Shown: positions 17,609 to 27,317 of the stretch, in pieces
Layout of the letters: the number at the start of each line of letters is the position of its first letter
Numbering within the stretch: position 1 is the stretch's first letter
Virus record (IMG/VR): IMGVR_UViG_3300037461_000655
Location: 3,053-67,052 of that record
Reading direction: 5' to 3' (one strand)
DNA length: 64,000 nucleotides
Source: a virus
Taxonomy: Duplodnaviria > Caudoviricetes
The notes under the pieces: model-generated
Seen by the model: only the letters and a program-made list of their open reading frames with translations
Told to the model about the DNA's origin: nothing
The model's database searches: none
Program-made: the position numbers and the translations under genes

Positions 17609-18286
17609 TCAGTATTGACATGGGCCCCCATTGACTTTGCGGAAATGGCAGAACCGACACTTATCACTTGGCTTTGGATCAAACCGCAAATCAAGTAGCA
17701 TTGCTCGTGTACGTGAAGCCCAAAGATCTTTAAGTTCAGTAAGCTGATCTCGCTTAAAGTCTTCTCCTAAAATTCTATCTTGACCTTTAGTAAGCTTTTC
17801 TACATCAAGGTACCAATCTTGAGCTTCAATTTCTTGAGCCTCTGAAATACTACAAAAGCCTCCTAAAGCATACAACTCCAGTTGCTCTATATGCTCAGGA
17901 TATTGCCGGCCTGTTTTATGATCTACTAAGACATATTGACCATGCTTCATAACTAAGACATCGAGCTTGATACGACACCAAGCATTCTTATCAAACCAGC
18001 CTGTAGGAGACCATGAAGATGTAAAGGCCCATTGAAGCTCTACTTGAGGCTTTAGCCCTCTTAGTTTTTTGAACTCCGTAGCAAAAGCTTTTAGTTCTCC
18101 TGGCAATGTTTTTATTTTTCCTGTGGTATAGTCCTCAGCAAGTTTATGAATCGCTGTACCTCGTGCTTGTGCCGAACTATCAGGTTCTTTGAGTTTGTCT
18201 ACATACAAGAACTTAGCTTTTAATGGACAACTTTCATAGGTCGTCCACCGTGAAAAACTCCAAGCAGTAATTGGTTGTGCAGACAT
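17609..18286 (-). CDS. PD-(D/E)XK nuclease (Cas4/RecB-like exonuclease)
   Basis: WSFSRW...CP, RGTAIH, KLDVL...VDHKTG, QLELYA, C-terminal CRFC...CQY Fe-S cysteines. Confidence 0.85.
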   Translation of the reverse strand: MSAQPITAWSFSRWTTYESCPLKAKFLYVDKLKEPDSSAQARGTAIHKLAEDYTTGKIKTLPGELKAFATEFKKLRGLKPQVELQWAFTSSWSPTGWFDKNAWCRIKLDVLVMKHGQYVLVDHKTGRQYPEHIEQLELYALGGFCSISEAQEIEAQDWYLDVEKLTKGQDRILGEDFKRDQLTELKDLWASRTRAMLLDLRFDPKPSDKCRFCHFRKVNGGPCQY

Positions 18287-18287
18287 C

Positions 18288-20183
18288 TTAGTGCTCCTTA
18301 AATTTTTCTAAGTTACCCCAATTAGGCCCAAATTTGCCATCACTAAGCATGGGTACGTCAAAATCAACATCTGCCATTGCATCCTGCAGTAACTTCATTT
18401 CTGATACTAACGCTTTTTTAGGAACTGAGAAATTAATTTCGTCATGTACCGTCAATAAGAATCGCCCATCTTTGCGCACTGCATCATAGTTCAGAATGGC
18501 TTGCTTTGTGCATCCTGCAGCAGACCCCTGAATAAGGTAATTAGTCAGCTTGTACTCGAATGTACGTCTATGACCATCTATCTCCTTAGGCTCTTCACAG
18601 TAGTACTCACGGCCATCCCACAATCGTATCGGTTGGCCGGACTTACCACGTGCGGTAAGCTCTTTTTGTAAGTCCTTAAGACCAGGTAAAATTTCTAAGT
18701 ACTCCCGTTTTAACCGCGTTGCAGTTTCAACATTTACTCCAATACGCTCTGCTAGCTTACCAATACCCATACCATAGAGCAAGCCAAAACTATTATTCTT
18801 AGCAACTGAACGTTCTTCCTCAGTAACTTCCGAAGCAGGTTTATTATTTAGGAGACTAGCTACCAATACATGCATATCTAAATTAGGATTTTCTTGAAAT
18901 TGCTTAAGCAATACGCCTTGCTCATAATGTGCCAAAATTCTCATTTCTTGTTGTTGGTAATCCCGCTTACCCCAGAGATGACCCTTGTCAGGTAGTAAGT
19001 AACGACGAACAAGGGGTAAAGGGGGCGCTGCGGTTATCCATTTTGGATGAGTATATTTTATAACTTCTTTGGGACAATTCATAAAGCGAGAAGCTGACAT
19101 GCGGCCCGTCCGTGCACCAGCATCACCGCCTAACCCGTATTGCTTTACTTGATTCCAAGATGGGTGTACCAACCCTCCCGTTTCTTGTGCCTCAGTTACC
19201 CATGGTTCCAGAAATGTACCTATGAAAGTTGATAGCTTAGACCTGTATTGGAGTGTTGCCAATACTCTTGGGTCTGTGATAGCTTCAATAAGACTATTTT
19301 TAGCTGTGGAAACTTTACCTGTCTTAGCCGTACGAGTAAACAAAGCCTCATCAGCTTTGCCTGAGGCAATCAATGCCGCCGCTAGTTCAGCACCTGAATC
19401 TACATTGAAGTCTTTAGACTTCAAAATTCTGTGTAACCATTTATCACAAGCCACTAGTCCATCTTGCATCAGCACTACATCCCGCTCAGCTAAGGTTACA
19501 TCGAACCATATACCCTCACGTTCATTACGCAATAAAATTGGCATGAGCTGACGCTCACGGTCATAAGCTTTACACATGCCACGGTCACAGATCTCAGGCC
19601 AGAGTTTCTTGAACAACAACTCAGTCCTTACTACATCGCCATCAGCATACGCACCTACAAGTCTGCCAGGAGCTAGACTGATCCACTTACCAAAGTTCTT
19701 ACTTGTCACGTGCTCATTCTGAGGTAATAACCCAGTAGCATGCAGATCGCCCTGGTGATTCACCAGCCAGTCGCGTACAGCATCCTGCTCCTCAGGCTTC
19801 ATACCAAGAATGCGCTCAGCTGACGGCTTTAGAGCATGTGAGCTCGCATGTGGGTCGTCAAGAAATAGAAGATATAAGGTATCATGCAAGAGCGACCAGT
19901 CCAGATCAGGCATCCCCATATGAACTTGTGCAACATCATAATCAAATTTTAAGTTCTGACAAAGCAATGGAAGCCCACTTCCCCAGGCCTTACATAACAC
20001 TTCTTTTGCTTGTTCTTTTGTACAGGTATTCTCAGTCGGATGCCCCCACCCATAGTACTTCGACTTACGATCACCCGGAAATTTTATTGAGAACCCAACT
20101 GGCTTGGGTGGGTAGTGTGGCCGCTTCTCAATGCCTGCTGTTTCGAAGTCTATCACGATGACTTTAGGTGGTCTTGGGGACAT
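18288..20183 (-). CDS. Family A DNA polymerase with 3'-5' exonuclease domain
   Basis: Exo I IDFET; RTGRMS; motif A DYQQQEMR; motif B RSVAKNNSFGLLYG (Phe at position 762); NYLIQGSAA; motif C TVHDEI. Confidence 0.95.
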   Translation of the reverse strand: MSPRPPKVIVIDFETAGIEKRPHYPPKPVGFSIKFPGDRKSKYYGWGHPTENTCTKEQAKEVLCKAWGSGLPLLCQNLKFDYDVAQVHMGMPDLDWSLLHDTLYLLFLDDPHASSHALKPSAERILGMKPEEQDAVRDWLVNHQGDLHATGLLPQNEHVTSKNFGKWISLAPGRLVGAYADGDVVRTELLFKKLWPEICDRGMCKAYDRERQLMPILLRNEREGIWFDVTLAERDVVLMQDGLVACDKWLHRILKSKDFNVDSGAELAAALIASGKADEALFTRTAKTGKVSTAKNSLIEAITDPRVLATLQYRSKLSTFIGTFLEPWVTEAQETGGLVHPSWNQVKQYGLGGDAGARTGRMSASRFMNCPKEVIKYTHPKWITAAPPLPLVRRYLLPDKGHLWGKRDYQQQEMRILAHYEQGVLLKQFQENPNLDMHVLVASLLNNKPASEVTEEERSVAKNNSFGLLYGMGIGKLAERIGVNVETATRLKREYLEILPGLKDLQKELTARGKSGQPIRLWDGREYYCEEPKEIDGHRRTFEYKLTNYLIQGSAAGCTKQAILNYDAVRKDGRFLLTVHDEINFSVPKKALVSEMKLLQDAMADVDFDVPMLSDGKFGPNWGNLEKFKEH

Positions 20184-20208
20184 GTCTGCTCCTCTGATAT
20201 AACCAAAA

Positions 20209-20248
20209 GGAAGCTACCCTACTCCAGTACTCTAATAAGGTAGCTTCC
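20209..20248 (-). terminator. Inverted repeat GGAAGCTACC-N20-GGTAGCTTCC followed by TTTT on the minus strand; possible intrinsic terminator or attenuator between SSB and polymerase
   Basis: Perfect 10-bp arms in an intergenic gap; the loop is unusually long. Confidence 0.4.
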
Positions 20249-20261
20249 AAATTATAAAGCC

Positions 20262-21155
20262 CTAAAAGCGACGTCCCCCACGACCCTTGGTAGGCTCAGG
20301 CTCAGACTCAGGCTTAGGCTTAGCGGTAGCACGACGCGGCACAGGGCCTGTGCTCTCACGACCTGGCCGCCCTGGAGGGTTACTATCGCGCTCTTCACGT
20401 GCCTTGCCACGAGACCGTGAGGCGGGCTTAGCAGGCTCTTCAGTAAACGTAGCAGGTTGGTAAGGTGTACGCAGTTCTTCCGTGATTGACTCCCGCTTAG
20501 CAATTAACTGCTTGATCTTAGCCTTATCTGTTACTTGTTCGACAAGCTTGAAAGTAACTCTGATCTGTGTCTTAGGGTCTGTCTGATTCTGAAGCTCAGT
20601 CACTACTGCAAATGGCGGAACTTTCATAACTTTGGTAATCTGTTGTACATACCCAGCCCAAAACTTAGTTGATGTGGGAGGTATCTTAACATAAAACACA
20701 GTGGCGTCTTCAATATTCTCAAGATCTTCCTCAGTAATACACGCAAGTCGTCGCGTATTTTTACATGCCTTACCTTTACCCTTCTCCGCTGAGCCGAACT
20801 TGTTGAACGCACAATCAATACACTTACTTTCACACTGCATGGCGGAGGAGTTTTCGTGTGGCGCCATAATTCTATCGTCGTTTCCAAAAGCGAAACATGA
20901 TGGCGACACTGGATTATCTACATCGTAAGGTTCTTCGTAATAGAGATTTTCGAAGATGCTGTCGAGTACGATCACATTAAGTCGTGAGTCAGGGACTTCC
21001 CCACCGTTATAAGTAAGCTTGCCGCTCTTGAGTGACAACATGGGAAGATTACCACCAGAACGTTCTTCCATACTCCCATACTGCTGTGCGAATTTAGCGA
21101 GCTCCGCATCATAGCTATTTACTTTCTGGGTTTCTGCTTGCTTTGTACGAGCCAT
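20262..21155 (-). CDS. Phage single-stranded DNA-binding or annealing protein (putative)
   Basis: C..C.FNKFGSA..GKGKACKNTRRL motif and Pro/Arg-rich disordered tail; sits next to the polymerase; RBS AAGGAG before ATG 21155. Confidence 0.6.
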   Translation of the reverse strand: MARTKQAETQKVNSYDAELAKFAQQYGSMEERSGGNLPMLSLKSGKLTYNGGEVPDSRLNVIVLDSIFENLYYEEPYDVDNPVSPSCFAFGNDDRIMAPHENSSAMQCESKCIDCAFNKFGSAEKGKGKACKNTRRLACITEEDLENIEDATVFYVKIPPTSTKFWAGYVQQITKVMKVPPFAVVTELQNQTDPKTQIRVTFKLVEQVTDKAKIKQLIAKRESITEELRTPYQPATFTEEPAKPASRSRGKAREERDSNPPGRPGRESTGPVPRRATAKPKPESEPEPTKGRGGRRF

Positions 21156-21166
21156 AGTAATTCTCC

Positions 21167-21667
21167 TTATAGCCAACTAGGTCGCTGGCGCTTGGTGTAA
21201 GTAAGAAGGTGGGCTTTAGCCACCCGATAATAGGAGCGGTAAGAAGTAACGACATCATGCTCGAAGTCGTTGGCATAGTAAATAATGAACTCATCAGGCA
21301 TGCAACACACAAATGGAGTTAGCTCACCGCCTTGCACGCAGGCAGGAACACAACTCAGAGCATTCAAGACAGCTCGCGACTTGTGGGCGTGGCCGTAGCG
21401 AAATTCGAACTCATCGCACAAGGTAATGCCAAGCTTGAAGAGCCATGAGTAGTTGCCCGAGGACTGACCGGCCCACTTGACACATGGATGATTCCGATGG
21501 GTGGGACGATACGCCTCAGCAGGAATGGCATAGTGAGCACCCTTAGGAAGCTCATGCCAAACAGTGCTCAAGATCTGAGTAGTTTCAAGGATCATCTTGA
21601 CCACGTGCTTATCACAGTGCATCTGAGCAGCAAGCACGGGATCAGTATCAAGCACAAATATATTCAT
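21167..21667 (-). CDS. Pyrimidine-dimer DNA glycosylase/endonuclease V-like family protein
   Basis: MNIFVL...HCDKHVVKMILE..Q.LST, YRPTHRNHPCVKW, RYGHAHKS, SYRSYY pattern. Confidence 0.75.
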   Translation of the reverse strand: MNIFVLDTDPVLAAQMHCDKHVVKMILETTQILSTVWHELPKGAHYAIPAEAYRPTHRNHPCVKWAGQSSGNYSWLFKLGITLCDEFEFRYGHAHKSRAVLNALSCVPACVQGGELTPFVCCMPDEFIIYYANDFEHDVVTSYRSYYRVAKAHLLTYTKRQRPSWL

Positions 21668-21668
21668 A

Positions 21669-22133
21669 TTACTTGATCTTATGAAGTGATAATGTGACGG
21701 TATCGAAGGCTTCAACGCCAGGAACAATTTTCTTATCATTCCATCGTTCTTCTACAGCCTTCTTATTCAGCGCACGGTTCAGCAAGCTGAAGTCCTTTGT
21801 CTTAAGCACATGCTTGTATAAGGCGTCCCAGTCTTTCACTTGGGGCACACTCTTGCAGACTACGGACACCTGGGCCCGCTTACCTGCCACTCCAGTTGCT
21901 TCAGACTTAGGGATATTGTCAATAAGGTAAGCCTTCACAAACTCTTCTTGAGTTTTTAGTGCTGCAGCTTCCTTGTCCTTAGCCAACCGCTCATCGCGCA
22001 GTTGATCGTACAGGTCTGCACACGCTGCTAAAGTTTTGGGTAACTTAATAGCAGGGCTCTCTTTTATATTTTCAAAACTAGTGTCCTCAGCACTACACTC
22101 TTTAGACTTCTTTGGGCTTATAACTTTGACCAT
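21669..22133 (-). CDS. Conserved phage replication-module hypothetical protein
   Basis: Helical N-terminus followed by VKDWDALYKHV...LLNRALN pattern. Confidence 0.7.
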   Translation of the reverse strand: MVKVISPKKSKECSAEDTSFENIKESPAIKLPKTLAACADLYDQLRDERLAKDKEAAALKTQEEFVKAYLIDNIPKSEATGVAGKRAQVSVVCKSVPQVKDWDALYKHVLKTKDFSLLNRALNKKAVEERWNDKKIVPGVEAFDTVTLSLHKIK

Positions 22134-22191
22134 ATTAATCTCCTGACAGAATTAGAAACTAGAACCTTAGGCGTAATACTTAACGACGACT

Positions 22192-22575
22192 TTACATTGA
22201 AAGCTTGACTGTAGGACCTTCATTTATTGAACTACTCTCTACGTGATACTCTCGTTCAAGCTCTGCGAAAATTCCTCGTATGATATCAGGCTCTGTTTTG
22301 AAGTCCCGAAATGCATGACAAAAAGTCACTAATGGAATACCATGTTGAAGTCCAAGTGACACTGCTACAGCAAAAGCATGCATCATTGCACGCCCAAAAG
22401 TCCCTTCGCGTTGGTGGTCAAGAAAAATCTCTCCTAGACTACCGTCTACATACTCACCTGTAGCTAGATGAACTCGGGCAGCGCCTATTCCAACTTCAAC
22501 TCTTAAGCCTTCACGACGGTCTTTCAACCGATACCTTAGTGCAGCTGGTGGAGCGCTCCCGAATTCATTAGCCAT
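22192..22575 (-). CDS. Stand-alone TSCPD-like domain (C-terminal module of class II ribonucleotide reductase)
   Basis: TGEYVDGSLGEIF...AFAVAVSLGLQHGIPL...F.D.KTEP pattern. Confidence 0.7.
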   Translation of the reverse strand: MANEFGSAPPAALRYRLKDRREGLRVEVGIGAARVHLATGEYVDGSLGEIFLDHQREGTFGRAMMHAFAVAVSLGLQHGIPLVTFCHAFRDFKTEPDIIRGIFAELEREYHVESSSINEGPTVKLSM

Positions 22576-22605
22576 ATAAGTAGCTCCTACATTTCAAAAT
22601 GCTAG

Positions 22606-22770
22606 CTAGCTTTCAACAACTGGTAATTTTTCACGAAGTTTTTCAGCTTTCGTTAAAAGCTTATCGTAAGCTTTACCTTGCTTTATTACCTCCTTTTCAT
22701 GCAGCTTGATTTCTTTTTCTAATTCTCTGAGCTCTTGCTTTACTGCCTTAACATCGATGGGTCTGGCCAT
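22606..22770 (-). CDS. Small Lys/Glu-rich coiled-coil protein (54 aa)
   Basis: Below the track cut-off; RBS GGAGGG, MARPIDVKAVKQELRELEK...VVES-TAG. Confidence 0.6.
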   Translation of the reverse strand: MARPIDVKAVKQELRELEKEIKLHEKEVIKQGKAYDKLLTKAEKLREKLPVVES

Positions 22771-22839
22771 GTTGGCCCTCCTATGTGAACTAAGCTCAGT
22801 GGCTTAGGAAATACCGAAATCCGTCCGGCACGGTTACTA

Positions 22840-23067
22840 TTATTCTACACAATTTTTATTAAGCCAACCTAACAAATCTGCTTTATTTGTAGGTACCTCT
22901 GTTTCTTCATAAGTCACTTGGCGGGTCGTAGTATCCCCTATTGCAAGCTTAGCTTTAGCCTCGCGACACTCAGCCATGGAACCCGCCCATATCTTTGTCG
23001 TTCCTTGTACTTTGACTTTGTAACAACGCATTCTACAGCTCCTTTGAAAGATAGCCTCAGCTATCAA
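22840..23067 (-). CDS. Small phage hypothetical protein
   Basis: ORF track; EVPTNKADLLGWLN motif; overlaps the DHFR stop. Confidence 0.6.
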   Translation of the reverse strand: MIAEAIFQRSCRMRCYKVKVQGTTKIWAGSMAECREAKAKLAIGDTTTRQVTYEETEVPTNKADLLGWLNKNCVE

Positions 23068-23591
23068 AAGTTAGTCCAAATTTGATACTTACTTAATATT
23101 GGTTGCCTTATTACTGGGCCATCTTGAATAATTGTCCAACCAGATAATAGCTTAGGAAAAAATGTATCGCACTCAAATTCACCAGCTACTCTGGTTAGGT
23201 GTAAGTGGGTAGGCACCCCACCTCGTGCTAACCACAAAGCTTCTTCCCAAGCCTGATAACCTCCTAATACAAATAGAGGCCCAAATCGTTGAGCTTCGGC
23301 AACTGCTAACGCATCCGCAACAGTCCTACAAATAGAACCGTTTGAATCAAAGCCTATTGGAAGTTTTTCAAATTTGGTTGTTAATAAAATATTATAGCGT
23401 TGTGAAAGGTATTGCCCATCTGTTACTATGGGCAGGGATTGCCATGTGCGGCGTCCGTAGCACACACAACCACCTAATGTTAGTGCGCGCATGCGCTTAA
23501 GGTCCTCGGGCAAAGTCCACGGAATACCTCCATTTTTACCCACACCATTAATATCATCTAGAGCCGCTATCAAAACTAGCCTTACGGGCAT
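23064..23591 (-). CDS. folA: Dihydrofolate reductase
   Basis: LIAALD..NGVGKNGGIPWTLPEDLKR, YGRRTWQSLP, RYNILLT, VLGG, FECDTFFP. Confidence 0.92.
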   Translation of the reverse strand: MPVRLVLIAALDDINGVGKNGGIPWTLPEDLKRMRALTLGGCVCYGRRTWQSLPIVTDGQYLSQRYNILLTTKFEKLPIGFDSNGSICRTVADALAVAEAQRFGPLFVLGGYQAWEEALWLARGGVPTHLHLTRVAGEFECDTFFPKLLSGWTIIQDGPVIRQPILSKYQIWTNF

Positions 23592-23983
23592 ATCGGCTCC
23601 TTAAACAGTAATCTACCACTTCCACCACATTCTTCGCAAGCTTTTTGAGTTCGTGTTGAGAATCCTGAAGCCCGTATAATTACTCCTGTTCCTTGACATG
23701 TTTGGCATAGCTTTCCTAAAAAATCAAGCTCTTTGTCATATTTACGGCGAGCTCGTGTATCACATAAAACACATCGTGCTTCATTCAATTTGGCAAAAGT
23801 TTCTGCAAGTTCCATGATTCGTTCAGGTGAAGCTTGGGGTTCAGTATCCGGATGTACTTGTCGAGACAAGTGCCGCCATTTAGTTTCAACATCAGCTTGA
23901 GAAGACTTTCTTGTAAGCCCCATAACTTGATAATAATTAGTAAGTGCACTCAAGTCTTTTACCCTACCTTCCTCATTTACCAT
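23582..23983 (-). CDS. Minimal J-domain protein with two CxxCxGxG zinc-finger repeats
   Basis: NYYQVMGL...HPD...LNEARCVL.D...R.KYD, then CQTCQGTG and CEECGGSG. Confidence 0.8.
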   Translation of the reverse strand: MVNEEGRVKDLSALTNYYQVMGLTRKSSQADVETKWRHLSRQVHPDTEPQASPERIMELAETFAKLNEARCVLCDTRARRKYDKELDFLGKLCQTCQGTGVIIRASGFSTRTQKACEECGGSGRLLFKEPICP

Positions 23984-24027
23984 ATACTAAGTACTGAAAG
24001 AACTGCCATAAATACGTGACAATCTTG

Positions 24028-26178
24028 CTAGTACTTTTGATTTCCTTCAGGTGTCTCAGCCAATCGACGCTTGATGATCTCTTTATTAGTTGCAGTTTCT
24101 AATTTTTCACGATCAAACAATATCCATAAACGCACCGTTTTTCCTATACCGAGTGAGACCGGCTCACCTTTGTTAGCCTTCTTTAATCCTGCGACCGTCA
24201 TTGCACGGCCTAACCCATTTTCAGAGATTCTGGGGTGTGAATCTCTTACGGCATCTAAAACTTCACGGTTAGTCCACAAAGCCTTTGTTCCAGGTACTGG
24301 GAACTTCAGTATGGACCCTGGATCAGTTGCGAGGGCTTCCCCTAACAGTATTAAATCACTTTTCGCACAGTCTACCATGTCATGCTTCGCACGTGTGACT
24401 GGGGCTGCTGCAGCAGGATTGAAGTCACCTAGGTCCATGTCACGAAGGTGACAAAACAATGCTTCACGGCCTTCCTCCGAAGTATACCAATGCTCATATT
24501 TGAGGGCAAACTCTTGGGATAGTGCCTTACTTGGGCACTCCCAAACAAATACTCGGCGATCTGATGGCTCCAAATAAAGTGCATCCGCGTGATTGCTTGT
24601 TAAATAGTAATTGATACAATCAGCTAAGCTATACGCAGGTAATCCTTTTGGGTTGATCCGTGTTGATGTCTGTGTGAGCATCCCTTTGATTTTATTTGCA
24701 ACAGCTCTGTTGTCACCGCCTGTAATTTCATCACCTACCACAAACTGCTTACGAATTGCCCAATTGTTAAACTGGCCTTTGAGTGACTCATTTGTCAATA
24801 GTTCATAGTTGTCTTCTCCATAGACTGCTTTCATGGTCTCACCTAGAAGCGACTTGCCTGAGCCATGCATAGGACTCCACATCAGCACGGCTGTCATCAA
24901 CTTTGCACCAGGATGCTGTATGGGGTAAGCAAACCATCGTTCAAGCCACTGTCGATGTGCTAAGTCTGCATTTGGCATTAAGTGGTCTAATAATGCATGC
25001 CATAGACTCACATCTCCAGGTCTAGCAGTCTCAGGATTAAGTTCTGGAAGTGTAACCCGTAATGTTAAGCCAACATAACTATTTGTAACTTCGCCCCATC
25101 CACGCCATCCATTATAAACACGGCCATTGGTATTAAGCCAACCTTTCGAGCCAGGCCGGTAAACTAAGCGTGCTGCACAATTTCTACCTGGCCATTTTAG
25201 CCATTCTTTTGCTGTTTGCTTTATTACTCGCTTTATTCCACCATCAGGCTGCTTAACTAATTCTACATACGTACGATCGGCATAAGCTACTTCGGTGAAG
25301 TCATGTTTGGACATGGCTTCCCCATTTGTCATGTTGTAAATCATAGGAGGATGCATAACTATAAGGAGCTCCTCATTCATTTCATGTAATGCGATGGCTG
25401 CTCCAAGTTCTGATGCATTCACTAACAACTTATTTAGCGCATCAGGGCCTTCAGCGACAATGTAATCATCGAGGCCTTGTTTCTTACCATCTGTAGCAGT
25501 AGGTAGCCTAAGAAGACATGGACGAGCACTTCTATGGGCAAGCCTAACGGCAAGGTAATTTTCGGCACGCTGTACTTCAAGCTTGTCTGTAATGTCGCTG
25601 TCAAATGCAATAACTACTTTCCGATCTGCCCATACAAAATCATCAAAGGCCTTTAGTAAATCAGACGCTTCTGATTTACTGACAACGCATGACACGCCTC
25701 CTAAACCAATCGTTGGAAAACCATGCTTACATGCACAAGCTGCTTTGAGTTCGCCTTCTGTAATGACGATAGACTCTTTTGGATCGTTAGCAATGCGGCG
25801 CCAGTCTATAGATGGTGGGAGATACAAGCCACATGAGATGCCTTTGGGTTGCGTATAGCGGAACTCCTTTTTATTAACGACTTTCTCTAATGGTGTTCGT
25901 ATATCTTCTAAATATCGAAATCGAAAGAAACTTGAAATTTCCCCATTTAAGGTAAAGTAAGGAATAACAAAGCCTTTGGCCTTTGGTGCTTTTGGTAAGA
26001 ACTTTGATAAGTCACTTGCTTCAACTTCTCTAAATTTCAAAGTAGCAACATCCTGCATATCTAAGCCACTCGTCTTTGCTTTCGCAAGCATAAGGTCACG
26101 TGTGGTATTACTAAAATTAGAGGAGGTTGAGCCTAAGCCTGCGTGTTTAGACGCGGGTCTTACCAATGATGCTGCCAT
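24028..26178 (-). CDS. Primase-helicase fusion (Toprim/DUF3854-like N-terminus, SF3/DUF5906-like C-terminus)
   Basis: ITEGELKA, VVIAFDSD, KQGLDDY (Toprim); HGSGKS (Walker A), VVGDE (Walker B), TSNHADAL..EPSDRR. Confidence 0.88.
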   Translation of the reverse strand: MAASLVRPASKHAGLGSTSSNFSNTTRDLMLAKAKTSGLDMQDVATLKFREVEASDLSKFLPKAPKAKGFVIPYFTLNGEISSFFRFRYLEDIRTPLEKVVNKKEFRYTQPKGISCGLYLPPSIDWRRIANDPKESIVITEGELKAACACKHGFPTIGLGGVSCVVSKSEASDLLKAFDDFVWADRKVVIAFDSDITDKLEVQRAENYLAVRLAHRSARPCLLRLPTATDGKKQGLDDYIVAEGPDALNKLLVNASELGAAIALHEMNEELLIVMHPPMIYNMTNGEAMSKHDFTEVAYADRTYVELVKQPDGGIKRVIKQTAKEWLKWPGRNCAARLVYRPGSKGWLNTNGRVYNGWRGWGEVTNSYVGLTLRVTLPELNPETARPGDVSLWHALLDHLMPNADLAHRQWLERWFAYPIQHPGAKLMTAVLMWSPMHGSGKSLLGETMKAVYGEDNYELLTNESLKGQFNNWAIRKQFVVGDEITGGDNRAVANKIKGMLTQTSTRINPKGLPAYSLADCINYYLTSNHADALYLEPSDRRVFVWECPSKALSQEFALKYEHWYTSEEGREALFCHLRDMDLGDFNPAAAAPVTRAKHDMVDCAKSDLILLGEALATDPGSILKFPVPGTKALWTNREVLDAVRDSHPRISENGLGRAMTVAGLKKANKGEPVSLGIGKTVRLWILFDREKLETATNKEIIKRRLAETPEGNQKY

Positions 26179-26179
26179 G

Positions 26180-26899
26180 TCAGTCCTCGCCTAACACGAA
26201 CTTTTGGTTAATAAGATGTTCTATATGGAACGTACAAAAAGCGAGTTTTTCGCTTGTGTAATGCCCAGGTTTTAGTCGTCGCAAATAGTAGTCCCAATCA
26301 CATTCACTGGGTATACTATAAAGCTTTCTTTGCAAATTACGATGTTCGTGATCAATCTGTAATTCATGAAACTTTGAATTGAATACCTTATTACAGAGAC
26401 CTCCATTTAAGCATTCTAAATCTTCAGAATTATTACAAGCTGCATAGGTCTTACAAACTTCGTGTAAATTTTCTAATAATTTGTAAAGGCGTACCTCAAG
26501 TTTACGTTCTCGAGCCCCTTGATGAAATTCTTCTCGAATATCACTACATGGTAGACCAAGGACTTTGCGTAAGATAAACACACGGAGTTCAAGTTGCCAC
26601 ACCCGATATCGTTTATAATTGAGTTTCAGGGGTCTGCCTGGGGTTGGCTTGACTTCACCAAGTTCGACAAATGCACCCCCAAGATTAAGTCTGGTGACTA
26701 GTTCATTGGGCCCTAACCCAAATAATCGGGCCCACTCAAATAGATGGAGGTTCATACCTCTAAATTCTATATTTCTATGTCGATGAGTAAATTCCCCAGG
26801 GTTGCTCAAGTCATGCAATCTAAAATCCAAAGTGACTTGTGACGACATTTCTGGCTCCTGAGACCTTAATATAGCACTGAGGTTTCGAAAAGGGAACAC
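26180..26899 (-). CDS. Hypothetical protein, first gene of the leftward arm; N-terminus resembles the small DNA-binding module of HNH endonucleases
   Basis: IEFRGMNLHLFEWARLFGL...LVTRL motif; GTG start. Confidence 0.5.
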   Translation of the reverse strand: MFPFRNLSAILRSQEPEMSSQVTLDFRLHDLSNPGEFTHRHRNIEFRGMNLHLFEWARLFGLGPNELVTRLNLGGAFVELGEVKPTPGRPLKLNYKRYRVWQLELRVFILRKVLGLPCSDIREEFHQGARERKLEVRLYKLLENLHEVCKTYAACNNSEDLECLNGGLCNKVFNSKFHELQIDHEHRNLQRKLYSIPSECDWDYYLRRLKPGHYTSEKLAFCTFHIEHLINQKFVLGED

Positions 26900-27317
26900 A
26901 AAATTATTTTTTTACAAATTTCGTAGGACTTGTAAAAAACCGAGCGAAGTCTTGGGCGAACAAAAAAATACGGAACTTAATACGCCAAATATACATATTG
27001 TAAATTACAAGTTTGGGAGGCTTGAAGCCTAGCGTTGCTAGTTTTCAAGTATTAGAATATTACGCTATTACGGTAATACGCAATTTTGACCCTGTTTTTA
27101 TATAAATATATCTACTACTACATGTAGTCTTTGTATATATTTTTTATTTTTATATAAAAAGAGTATTACTGTATTAAATATATGTGTCCAAAGGACTTAG
27201 AACAATACGCAAAATTTAGCTAATACGCATTTACCGTGTTAACTTCTGCAAAGAAAGTAGTTGTAGAATCCCCCTTTTGAAAGTGCGTATTAAAACTACT
27301 TTTGTGTAACAATAGGG
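26900..27317. promoter_or_regulatory. Divergent AT-rich control region and candidate replication origin with iterated TA(A/T)TACG(C/G) octamers
   Basis: Longest non-coding gap, at the strand switch. Octamers at 26978, 27058, 27066, 27074, 27203, 27221 and (reverse) 27285; 10-bp inverted repeat at 26908-26939. Confidence 0.6.

Noticed and set aside
17609-18286. CRISPR-associated Cas4
   Set aside because: Solo Cas4-like exonucleases are routine in phage replication modules; no array or other cas genes.
26978-27292. T7-like phage RNA polymerase promoters (TAATACG...)
   Set aside because: The match stops after 7 nt, and no single-subunit RNA polymerase is present.
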